From Phoronis australis (lineage: Eukaryota > Animalia > Phoronida): 64,000 bases of DNA. Positions 52,723 through 64,000 of this stretch are shown piece after piece (positions within the stretch are counted from its first letter, which is position 1; every line of letters begins with the position of its first letter). The stretch spans positions 124,001 to 188,000 of the forward strand of contig NMRA01000625.1 in the NCBI GenBank assembly GCA_002633005.1. Reading direction: 5' to 3'. The position numbers and the translations under genes are program-made. Under the pieces are notes generated by a model, which saw only the letters and a list, made by a program, of their open reading frames with translations, was not told the origin of the DNA and did no database searches.

Positions 52723-55700
52723 TTCGAATGGGCTTGACCCGCCAACCGCTCCTTTAGGCGTCGAGCTAGTTGTCAGTTCTTTCGGAGCCGAAAATTTATT
52801 TCTAGTCTGAATAAGGAACAAGTTGAAACCAGGTTTATAACGGGAAGCGGTCTATACGAAAAGTTTTTTTCGCCAAAGGCTGATTCGTAGAATCTTTAAA
52901 TTATATATAGGTATAATCAGCCGGGTGCACTCGTGATTGAAATATTTTCACTAGGGCATTCAATCACAGAGTTAGAGCTGTCATTGATGCAACTGACGTG
53001 ATCGCTAACTCAGACTTGCCTACGTACACAGATAAGATGACACATATACAATAGTGTCCTGACCCAAGGTGACCTCGGAGATTACAATACGTCAAGTCTT
53101 TTGTAATCAACAAATAAACATTGTTTTAGTATGATCTTCTTTCATCAGTCTAACCCCGCGGTGACCTATCTCACATCCAATCATATCGCATAACGGTAAC
53201 TCAGTTGTGGTTTACTCCAGCTCAACTAAACGAACTCTGCGTTCATGAAACTAAGGCATTTTAGTCAAATGAATTAAAGGACACTATGTCACATTCTTTA
53301 AGAAGTTAAAAACTCTCGACTTCGACTAGCGTATGTATTTTCAGCATTACTTGTTAACGATTTTGCGCAATAATTCTAAGTGTGGTTAAAGCGTATAAGT
53401 AGATAACGTGATCGACATGCTTCAGCTGTTTATATAAAAACAGACATCGGCTGACTTAAAAAGAACCGGAGCTAACATGTAGTTCAAGTAGAACGTTACC
53501 GTGAATCAGTGATGTCCAAGTATTTTTCATTCTTGCGTTGGAGTCGCGTTTCGGTGGATTTGTACCGAGAGCGAGGTTGCAAACCTAGCATCCGGGTTCA
53601 GCATCCCATCGGCTCACAGTAGCAACATGGTCTTAAAAAAGAAATGTTGCAATACATATACGCACCGAAATTACGTGACACGTCTTTATGCGTTTTTCGT
53701 CTTGTTGCGGTGGCTGAGAAAACAACGATGAACTCATCTTTCTATTAATAAAATAAGCCTTTATCTCTGCCAGATACTTTTTGCATTTGAGGAGCCGGCC
53801 AACTGTTGCTTAAACCACTTTCTAGATAGCGTAATCTATGTAGAGCTGCTGTAAATACCATCCAAGACTGACGAGGCAAGCAGGTGTCCGCAGCATGCAA
53901 GAAATGTTTGGGCTATAAAAAATGCTCGATATTCTTCACCCCTGAGGACGAACTGTTTTCATTTAGCGTGCATTGAACTTTTACATCAAAATGATGTGTG
54001 CAATGCACACGTTATCAACTTGAGCAGCACGTTTATGCATCCGCGGAGGTGTGAATGGGTCCCTGTTTAGTATCGGAAGACGGTGAACATTGTATGAAAT
54101 TCTTCGCGAGCGACACCGTTTGACAAAGAAATTTGACATTACTCTACCGATTTCTTTTTTCCCGGTGGACTTTTTCAATGGTGTTCGTCGGTGGTCAAAT
54201 CGACCTCTTTGTAAGCACAAAGAATTGGCATTCCTTTCCGTTCTACTTTGCTCAATACTAGTGAGATACGGAAAGCGAGCGGTTTTTGTAAATACAGTGT
54301 TCTATGTTCTATACCATTCGCCAGTTACCAGCACATGCAATTATATGGCGAAAGCATAAAGATGGCTGAGATTTGGACTTATCAATCGTGAAGTATTATT
54401 TGAAGTTCACCTTCATGAGAAAAATATGGCGAGTTTCAAACAAACAAAGCAACGTATAACACTCAATGCACGTTAGGCCGAGGTGGTATTTCTAAATTAG
54501 AAATTCTTTTGACAGAGTGTGCTTGGACAATGACGTCCGGCATCCACCTGTCACATGGAATTTGTCGAAAGCATAAAAATTCCAACGTATTTCTTTGAGT
54601 CTCGTGCCGAGTTCAGTTAAAAGTTAAGATATTTGACATTGAAACTGTAACTCCCATATCAACGTGCCAACCTACACTGGGGTTCCCTGTTAACTTCTAG
54701 ATCAGCGTGCTACCCTACACTGAGGTTCAGTGCTTCGTTCAAAGAATGTACTGTCCCAATATTCAGCGCCTCAGAAAGGTAAAGGCGATGCAGAATAATC
54801 ACAATTAGTTCGACACAGACAGACAGACGGACGGAACATATACACTGTCAGACGGGCGAGCACGCCTATCCTAATTAAATATAAAACATTTAAACTACTA
54901 ACTATTCATGTAAAGAGATTGCAATCAAAAGACGAGGCTCAAAAATACATCTATTTGTTTATCTCAAATCGTAAAACAATATTAGGTTATATGCTGCCGT
55001 AAATTTAAGATGATAAACGCGTTTTTGAAATTGGAGTCATTTTTGTTCGCGCATGAGGACACTTGAGTAGGCCTACACGCATCAACACATCTCAGTCACT
55101 TTGCAGAATCAGATACATGTACAACGAATTCCTCAAGGTCTTGCCTCGTTTTAAATTGGTAGTTTTCTAAGACAATTAAGTCATATGTAAAATTTACAAG
55201 ATCAAAAGAAAAAATAGGACATACTCTTCTGTCATCACGACCAAGAAATTAAACAGACGTCCCTGCTATTATGGATAAGTTGGCGTTATCCGAAAAGAAT
55301 TTGTCGCCACACTCTGTCGCGAGGGGTGCCTGACCTAATTAAAATAATTGTAATTACTTCCAGGTACAATAAAGCAACTATCTGTCCCGGAAATGATCAA
55401 TTATTGTTCAATATTTCCAATTTACGCACCACAAACATCGCCCAATTAAAACAGTCACCCGCGAGTCGCTATCACCGTTTGCCAACTGCTTTAATTGAGT
55501 AGAACTGACCCGCGCTCTCATATTTATTAAAATTCTGCACAGTGGTTAAATTAAAACCGCCGCAGCGTTGTTAAGTAAAGCCATGGGTTAAGAACACTTA
55601 TCTGCATGATAGAACCCACCCAGTTGAATTTCAGCATTGTCAGAGAAATTTAACACTGGTGAACAGTTTTGCACCCGTTGCGAGAACGATTTTCATATTT

Positions 55701-58700
55701 ACTATGTAATTTATACTCAAGATACATGCCTATCGTTATTTTTCCGTCGAAAACAGGTCAAATGAAATAGAATTATAATTGATAGAACAAGAATCCAAAT
55801 ATTATTGGGGTATCAATAATTTCATCGTTTTTGGCTGCCATATCGGGACATAACCAGGTTTCACAACAGCACAAGTTGATTTTAAAGACACGATATACAT
55901 ATACATAATGAATTATCATGACCACAAAAGTTGTACCGTTACGTTGAAATGTAATATCGGTCCATAAAACGAGCTCTTTCAAGCGAATTCAGCACTTCGT
56001 ATTCGAGAAGTGCTGACGTGATGTTTGTTACAAGCAGCAATTGCATACTTGAGGAATACCAGTGCGCTTATTCAATCTTTCTTATTTTGGCAGGTGGTTT
56101 TTAACCGATGTACGACACACCTAATTTAAGTATAAAAATTTCAATAATTCCCAATTAGCGACGTCCGCGAATGCGCGTACATATAATCTTGCACATTGAA
56201 CCAAAACAAACACGTTTAGGTGACACGTGATAGCTGTACGACACGGGGTACCACTTGTTAAGCCAACTGTCCAATCGCAACCAACATACCTTTGCCGTAA
56301 AAGGAATGCTCTAAAATAGATACGACTACGCAAGTTGAAAAGACCAGCCGGTAACCCGAGATACGCCGAGACGTTAATTCGGGACAGCTGGCCTATTATT
56401 TCAAAAATATGCACACAACACGGTTGACCGTGCTATTCTCTTCTCATCTGACAGTGATGGGTTTTGAAAGGTCTTTCAGTCTTTCACGTGTGCCTAAAAA
56501 GAGGAATCGGGTGTTGAAGCCATCAAAAATGACACAGACGTACACGCGTCGCGAGTAAACAACATGCGCCCAATAGCGGTAGGTATAAGGAAATTCCATA
56601 TGGAAACTACGCCGTGTGGTCCCGAGGGCAGAAGCAGATAAAGGGGATGGCCATGTGTTGATGTGCTGCGATTAAAGCTACAGTATTTAGAGATTGAATA
56701 ATGCTATGTATATACAGTCCGAACTAATAGGTTTTCTTAAAAAATATTTTGCTCAAGTGTTTCGCACATGGGCGCAAACACAAGCATCAAAGGATTAAAT
56801 CGTTTATGAATAGACGTTATTCAAGAAAAACTAAAAAAAAATATACTAAGGTACTATAACACGTGTTGCAGACCTGCTACTATCGTCGCAGGCCGTCGTT
56901 ACTTAATTTCATTTTTAATTTAAGTCCCCTCACTCTCAACAAAAAATAATTTCATAAGCTCAAGTAACTTTAAATTTGCGTTCGACTAAAGTGTCAGCTC
57001 GGTTGTGGTTATCATTGTACAAAGAATCACGTACACATGGTGGCCTCAATAATTTCAACCGGCACACTTAAAAAATGTTGCGCGCATTTTAGCCAAATGA
57101 GTATGGCAGCAGTGAAGCTGCGCCTGTCGGATACTTTCGATTAAGAGCATGCGCCCTTATTCCAAAGCGACATTCACCGGTGCATATACATACACAGTAA
57201 GTGAGAAATACACGCACGATACGTATTTTCATGAAGCAAAGTTGAGTGTTAGCGCGCCCTCAAATTCGTCAGTGGCAACAGTGAAGGAGTATTTAAGGAA
57301 CACACTTTCCATGATAAACTGATACCTAAAGTGGTTCTAGTGGCACATGAAACACCAATTTAGTGTTTAAGTAAAAACGAAGTCGAATCTTCATAACGGA
57401 CTGTCTTACATGGAACAAAAAACAATAGCCACTTGCCGGGGTCTACGTGACTAGTTTGATGCCTGTCAAAATGGAGGTAACCTATAAGTGACTTATTACT
57501 AAGAAAAATCTACTTTTGGAGGTGTCAATTAAAATTCTTTGCAGAATCAGTCAGCGCACTATTTCTGTGTATAAAAGTCTCAGACATTTCCAAAACCTTC
57601 AAACCGCTCATAAAATAGTCGTGTTTCAAGCAGTCGGCGCACGACTTAAAACCAGACTATAACTCACCCACCTTTGGCCGTCAAAAAACTAATGATTTAT
57701 AGCACTTTAATTGCCACTATAAAACTGGAATCAACGTAATTGTTCCTTCCTCATTTGAGGACTTTGATCGGGCTCCTTCATAATTGACAGTTCCGGGCAG
57801 GCTGGATGTTATGCTCTGTGCATAAAATGACACGCCGTGAAGCCAACTTATCGAGTCTGATCTCACGCAATAACCACCTGCTAGTCCTTGCCAAGCCCTC
57901 TGATTCGAGTAAGGAACAATTTAAGTCTAGTTTATAGCGCAAAGTGCACTAAATCAAATGTTATTTTGTTGAAGCCAGGTTTATAGCCGCTTTGAAGCTG
58001 CGTTTCGACTCGTTTAGCTACAATCTAAAAAGAAAATCGAATTAGGTCTTTTGCTCCCATAAAATCGGTCCTTTAATATTCAGTTTCCGCAGTCAACTCA
58101 CGTCACATGCAAGGTACACATGCGTCGTTACCGAATTAGCAATTTTAGGGTTGGCAAACCAAAATAAACTAAGAAACGTTTTCTCGAGTCGCTGATACTT
58201 TCGACTGGTAACGAAAATACTGTCACCGTAAGGAATATTATGCGACCGATTTTGACAGTAAAATGCCCGACTCGAGTTTCATTTTTAACCTGCTTAACAG
58301 CACGAAATGCACCTTGAACACTATAAATCACTTGACCCTTCGCAAAAAACACTAAAAATATTCTTTGATATATCCGGTGAGCTAGCGAAATACGAAAAGC
58401 TGTAGAACATTCCACGCATATTACAGTGGGATATTGGAAGATCCGTGTATAAGTACGCATGCTGAAACAACCGTCCCAGTTTTAAATCAAATAATTTTGA
58501 TGTGAACCACATCCATAATTATGGAAGTATTTCAAGAGGAGAAATGTCTTCCTCTCCGAAGTTTCTTAAGCACTTGATTCACTCTTGGGGCTCAGTCAGG
58601 TTAACCCTCCTGAATATTTGATAGTTCTTTCCATGATGACTTCCAGCTTACAGACCAATCAGGTATCCGACCAGTTGATGTCTGGTGTTCAGGGGAGAAA

Positions 58701-59005
58701 ACTGATTCTCAAAATGCGGGCACGTTATACCAGACTTTTTATTACCTGTAATTCTTATGGTATTTAACATTTCCTCGAAGTAAAATGTTCGAAGTTTCAC
58801 TGAGACTGGTACTCCCAATGAAAGGCCATCAACATTTCAACTAAAAAAATTACCCACGCTTCTCTGTTATGAGTACAACCAGGAGCTAGACTTCACCATC
58901 ATCAAACGGTTGTCAAAAGAAGTGATCCACTAGATTCTCAGAGAAGTTGAAAGCAAACTAGAACTGTTATGGATTGTAGAATACTAAATAAAACTATAGG
59001 AAGCA

Positions 59006-59011
59006 TTTATT
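59006..59011 (-). terminator. Candidate polyadenylation signal of VPS33A
   Basis: AATAAA on the minus strand about 450 nt after the stop codon. Confidence 0.5.
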
Positions 59012-59461
59012 TACATCAATAAAATCAAAGATGCAAGAACAATGCAGGACATAAACAATTTATACAAATAACAAGATTGCCTTGAAAAGTAAACTATCCA
59101 CTGTGGTAGTTTCTATAGGAGCAAATCCATGCGTGCATACTGTCAGGAAAATCAAAAACATTTGAGACATCATCTAATTCCATTTAGGTTTATGTCGCAG
59201 CCAAGTCACTTATTCAAAATACTCACTAGACAGGAAGCTTTTGTAATTGCACACAGAGGCAGTGGGTTATCCATCAAGATTTTTTTTCCAAAATCGCCTT
59301 AAATTAACCTTTCCCGAGTAATTCTGTTTAGCCAAATATATACAAATAGACAACAGTGCACTCTATTTGTCCCAAGTTTCCCATCAAGTGTGAACGTGTG
59401 TATAAGATGAAAGTTTCAAAATTCTCACTGCAGAAGATCTCCTTCTAAAGTACCGCCCCTC

Positions 59462-59565
59462 TCAGAAGGGGTTGATCGGCTTAGGTTCAAGTTTATCACA
59501 GAGTCCATTAAGCCAGGACGATCCATTAATGATCTTCGTGGTGGCAATGATGTAGTCTGTTGGAC
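59462..59565 (-). CDS. VPS33A: VPS33A last exon (GPTDYIIATTKIINGSSWLNGLCDKLEPKPINPF*), shortest acceptor choice
   Basis: Matches the recalled human C-terminus EYVIATTKLMNGTSWIEAL...PF. Phase-1 acceptor TTCCAG|GT and TGA at 59464-59462. Alternative in-frame acceptors at 59604, 59643 and 59682. Confidence 0.9.
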
Positions 59566-59737
59566 CTGGAATACAAGATGATACAATGATGTAGTCTGTT
59601 GGACCTGGAATACAAAATGATAGAATGATGTAGTCTGTTGGGCCTGTAATACAAGATGATACAATGATGTAGCCTGTTGGACCTGAAATGCAAGATAAAA
59701 CAATGATGTAGTCTGTTAGATTTGGAATACAAGATGA
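59545..59737. repeat. 39-bp minisatellite (5 copies) spanning the VPS33A last intron/exon junction
   Basis: Unit CAATGATGTAGTCTGTTGGACCTGGAATACAAGATGATA at 59545, 59584, 59623, 59662 and 59701. Confidence 0.95.
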
Positions 59738-60566
59738 CTGCTGCACAATGTTTGTTTTAAATAACGCTTTGTTAAAATGCACTTTTTGACAAAAGGTGGA
59801 ATTGTCATTCTACTCAAAAAGTAGCAAACATTCCTACAGACTCATACACTTGAAATAAAACACCATCTTGAAAAAAAATTCTTTCCTTACCTTTGACAAT
59901 AGGCTAAAAAATTACAATACACTAGTTTGAAAAGGGCCTACACTACTAATCCTTGTTCTGCCAAGCTAATCATTTTGAGAGCTCTCTTGATATAAAGAAC
60001 ATCAGGATATTCAAATTGGAATTTTGCAGTAACTGATCACTTGTATTATAAACTTGATCAATAAAACAAGCATAATGATGCAAACTGCTTTCAATTGTAC
60101 ATCGATGATAACGATTAAGTAAAAATCAAATATCCAAATGGCATCTAGTGACTCCTCATATTCATCCATCACCACAGTCCACAAATACGCAATAGACATT
60201 GGAACCTTAGTGAGTTTCCACACATTGGGATAATTATTAATCCCCATTTCCGTTATAAGAGTGGATGGATGCTTGTCACACACACCTAGACAGGATACTA
60301 GTTCATCAGGGAATCGGTATTCCTTTACTCAACACAGTGGACTGACACAACATAGGTGAAGTGCCCAACTCAAGGAGGCGACTGCGGGCCAAAAATTAAT
60401 TCATGGAATCTCTCAAAAATCCACACTAATCACTCAGCCACATAGCCATTGAGATGTAGACATTTAGAAACTTTTTAAAATTTATAACTAATAATTTATC
60501 TGACTTTTTGTCTTAGGTGAACTTGCGGACCAAACATGGACAAAGCAACTAACCGAAGCCACCTAC

Positions 60567-60689
60567 CGTCTTCTTGTTGAGAGAGAAACCTTAATGCAGC
60601 AATCTCTGCATACGTGACACCACCAAGGAAGACTACTAGCGTCACCTTCTGGTCACCCATACTAGACATGGAGGAAGTAATAGAACTTC
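60567..60689 (-). CDS. VPS33A: VPS33A exon ([41 protein letters not shown])
   Basis: Carries the Sec1/Munc18 signature [16 protein letters not shown]. TTTTTCAG| acceptor, G|GTAGGT donor, phases 1/1. Confidence 0.95.
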
Positions 60690-61359
60690 CTGAAAAATAA
60701 CAACCAGAATATTACTGTCAATTACAGTTACTGTTAACCCACATCTTGGCACATATTTGCTTTTCCAAACCAACATCATCGATTTCTTACAATTTAACAC
60801 ACAGCTTGGAATTCCACGGGAAGGCCACATACAGCCTTGGCAACTGAAAGTAACCAACCGCCGTGACAACCAACTTAACAGGCCAGATCTGAAGCAATAA
60901 TGATGTGTCAATTCTTCACTAGCCTAAACATCATTTCTGATCTGAGTGAACAACAAGATAACACTAATTTCATAAGAATAAGTGACCTACATCGAAATTT
61001 GTTTTTTGACAAGGTTTACTGCATCCCTTTGCTTAATACCATTTTCATTAAGGAAATCCAAAAAACTAAAAAATGAATTGAAACATGGGGGCCCCTGTGC
61101 TGAAATTTGAAGAAAACTAGTAGACAGAAGAAGTTGACATGGAACATCTTACAGACGTACATAAATACATATCAACAGGTGGCGCTTGCACAACTCCTTA
61201 ACATCAGAAGACCAAACACAACAAACAGAACTGTTGAAGATGTGCAGTAACTTTAAAGGGCCCAATGAGAACATAAAATCTGCAAGGTCATTTATTGATG
61301 TCTGATCTTCAGGATGTCCTCGCTGGTACAACAAGTTTTCTTGAAAGCATTTTCCTTAC

Positions 61360-61528
61360 GTCTTTTCCGTAGACCCACAGGAATCTTCTGAACCTCAGAT
61401 ATCGTTGGTCCCGGTAAAAAGGTCAACATCTCAGAAATACTTCTCCAGTTGTTTTTAGCCAGGAGCTGGGCAAGACGAACGCTAATGGGGGCATAGCCAC
61501 TGAACACGTAAGCGACATCTGATGGGTT
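61360..61528 (-). CDS. VPS33A: VPS33A exon ([21 protein letters not shown]...GLRKR)
   Basis: Matches VPS33A [29 protein letters not shown]| acceptor, C|GTAAGG donor, 169 nt. Confidence 0.95.
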
Positions 61529-61776
61529 CTGCAAAATATGCCCATCACACAGAAAGGGATCTGGTAATTCAACTTATCACACTTCACACTAAGTTTGTGT
61601 AATGTACAGTAAAAATACAAAGCCTAGAAAAGTAGTGTAACAGTGGCTTCATTGAACAATATTGAAGAAAATCAGTCACAGTGAAATTAGTTGATAGCCC
61701 CACACGCAAAATTGAAACATCGTAAAAATTAATCCTAAAAGGAATTTGGAGAATCTTGCATAACACATACATTAGT

Positions 61777-61838
61777 ATCCTTCAGTTTCACGTAAATCCA
61801 ATAAGCCATTTCTGAGATATGATGTTCCGAAGTTTGCC
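61777..61838 (-). repeat. Intronic fragment of the dispersed repeat family of 41655/21765
   Basis: Reverse complement reads AACTTCGGAACATCATATCTCAGAAATGGCT...GTGAAACT. Confidence 0.75.
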
Positions 61839-61885
61839 ATAACTTTCCGTTCAGCAGTGTCCGATCCTCTGCTGTAGGTACTCAC

Positions 61886-62020
61886 CTGTTCATTCACATC
61901 TTCCACAATGAGGTTTAATGTCTTCAGCAACGTTGTGTAGGTTTTATGCACACCCTGTACTCTAAGTAGCCCTGCCTTCTCTAAGTTGACCAATGTAATC
62001 ATATGTTCAAAGCCATAAGT
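61886..62020 (-). CDS. VPS33A: VPS33A exon ([19 protein letters not shown]...DVNEQ)
   Basis: Matches [19 protein letters not shown]...DVNEQ. 135 nt, TTTACAG| acceptor and |GTGAGT donor. Confidence 0.95.
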
Positions 62021-62289
62021 CTGTAAAGAAAACATTACAGTCACAGAACAGTAGTGTCGCTTAGGTTGTGCACACTCTGTACTCTAAGCAACCCTGCCTT
62101 CTTCATACAGACACTGTGCGAATTCACTTGTGCACTCAGATGCCACAGAGTAAAAACCACTCATCAAAAGTTGCAGAAGGTCTGGTACACATTGCAATAG
62201 ACATGCGCAGGTCGCTCATTAGGGCCCATGGCACTGATCACATAAACCATTATTATTCTTTATTAATGTATAATTAAAATTAAAACAGA

Positions 62290-62395
62290 GCTGAAGAGCT
62301 AGAGACCTGAGTCGGTCAAGGCTCTAGCAGTGTGCCTCAGTGGGACTGAAACCCACGACCTTGAGTAAAGGAAGCGGCCACACTTCCTCCTCTAA
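62290..62395 (-). mobile_element. Possible decayed tRNA-derived SINE head
   Basis: Minus strand ...AAGGTCGTGGGTTTCAGTCCCACTGAGGCAC resembles a T-arm/B-box (GTGGG..CCCAC stem); no full cloverleaf. Confidence 0.35.
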
Positions 62396-62571
62396 AACCT
62401 CTCAAGTTTACAGTCGACATTTTTGTTTAAGATAATGTCGCGTACATGTAACAAAGCTAGTTGTATTTTAATGTACAAGTATGTAAGCTGTAGGTGTATC
62501 CAGGCAACCAGTGATAACATAAACCATTAGTGATACCTCGTCCTTCAACTTGTTTGAGTAATGCTGCTCAC

Positions 62572-62658
62572 CTGAATAATTTCTCTTTTGTAATAGTCCA
62601 ACACCTTTTGTTTAAAGCCAGTATTGCACACACACTGTAGACAGAGCAGCCGTAGCAC
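62572..62658 (-). CDS. VPS33A: VPS33A exon ([29 protein letters not shown])
   Basis: Read manually (not in the ORF track). Matches [29 protein letters not shown]. 87 nt, CCAG| acceptor and |GTGAGC donor. Confidence 0.95.
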
Positions 62659-63149
62659 CTGGCAAGACCATGAAACAAAACAGTAAATTACAACCAATGT
62701 AAGGATTAGTTTCTGAACACAAAATGCAATAAAGTTTTATCGACTCGACAATCCTTTTACATGATGGACCATGCAAACAGTCAGACATTTGTCTTTAGAA
62801 ACTTTTCAGTTTTCAGACTTCGGCAATTCTCAGAAGATTTTAGTTTTTATTTAGTGTATACGTCAAGACCAGGCAAAAAAAATTAATAATTTCAGACATG
62901 ACTACTTGAAGCTTAAGCACAATTTTGAACAAAAGTAGCAAAGTTCCAGAGAAAACTATTTCAACCAGTAATCCAAGCATAAATTTTTTTCTTTTTTTTC
63001 AATTCGACAAAACTCTGCAAGTGCAATATCAATTTTACATTGCTTTTTCCTGCAGGAATTCTGTCTGAAAGGAAATTATAGTTAAAAAATGCATTATTAT
63101 AAAGTTTGCTGAAAAATGAGAAGAAAGCCTGTACAAAATAAAGTTTCAC

Positions 63150-63229
63150 CTTTATCAAGGGTTCCTGCCTTGCTATGCAATCTTCTATGAAAGGACTGGC
63201 TTTATCTGTATCTATTGCATTAATGAATT
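63150..63229 (-). CDS. VPS33A: VPS33A exon (EFINAIDTDKASPFIEDCIARQEPLIK); gene continues beyond the window
   Basis: Matches EFMSGIDTDK..YIEDCIA. TTTTGTTTCAG| acceptor (phase 1), AAG|GTGAAA donor. Confidence 0.93.
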
Positions 63230-64000
63230 CTGAAACAAAAACAAGCTTTACAAGCTCAACAGCATATTCACACAAAATGTCTCCAATCTTCAACACATTA
63301 TTAGGAATAGTGGAGTGACAAATTTTACCACAACTATACGTTACAGTAAAAATTCTTCAGTTTGGTACAAAATATGGTGGACAGGTGAAATTTCCTTTTG
63401 TTAAATTTCTAAACAAAAATAACTTTTCAAGAAATTTCTTTTGCCTTCATCTTGGTTTGTATAGCATAACTATTACCAAATAACAGTTGGTAACATTTTG
63501 AGCATTTGCAACAATGTGGTAAGCCTCGGATAGAAATTTGTCAACTTTAGCAATTATTTTGCCCCAAATTGAAATACCATTAACATAAGAACTTTGAGCA
63601 TATGCAGCAGCACAGCAGTAAGACTTCAAAGCTATTCCAGAAAGCTTTTGTCCAAATTTGATTTTTACTGCAGGAATCCAACCAACCCGTAGTATTCAGT
63701 GGCTGAAACTTTTGTCTATCGATTATGATTATTCACTGGACCTTTAGCATCGGCATTCATAAGATATCTTAAACATTCAAGCAACTCTGCAACCTTTCTA
63801 AGTCAGTGATTGAAGCGCAAAGAAGAGGTGAAACTATTCACAATCATGACTCAACAGAGAACCCTATACAATCAGCTACTTCGTCATCCCCGATATTAAA
63901 TATGGCGCACTTTCAACATAGACGTCCCACATCACATCTGACGCAAACAAGTCAAGATATTTTTGAAATTCATCCTGGTACGGGAATTGGGGATAGTTGG

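Noticed and set aside
58633-58705. C/D-box snoRNA candidate (ATGATGA...CTGA)
   Set aside because: No terminal stem, no recognisable rRNA guide, and not in a same-strand intron.
59545-59737. CRISPR-like 39-bp repeats
   Set aside because: Head-to-tail minisatellite without spacers, derived from the VPS33A splice junction.

Overview
Animal genomic DNA, not prokaryotic: AT-rich, spliceosomal introns, probably a marine invertebrate/lophotrochozoan (inference). It is a draft assembly with single-N contig joins at 1408, 25841, 31019, 42353, 45251 and 46789. Three protein-coding genes lie in tandem on the minus strand. (1) The 3' part of VPS33A: six exons from 63229 to 59462. (2) A two-exon Scratch/Snail-family zinc-finger repressor: SNAG exon 40642-40561 and zinc-finger exon 31637-30237, 327 aa after removing a false 499-nt duplication; its fingers look ScratchB/Kahuli-type. 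(3) The large pre-LIM exon of an Ajuba/LIMD1/WTIP-family gene (16183-15004), with a candidate first exon at 23046-22972; I could not find its LIM exons, which probably lie left of the window. The rest is intronic or intergenic DNA with a 101-bp tandem array, MITEs, a LINE 3' fragment and dispersed repeats. The most notable observations are a 39-bp tandem amplification of the VPS33A terminal splice acceptor giving four in-frame acceptors, the linkage of a SNAG repressor to its known corepressor family, a duplicated pre-LIM module with four PPxY motifs, and an allelic TA>TACATGTA transposon-footprint polymorphism. I found no CRISPR array, rRNA, intact tRNA or intact transposase.
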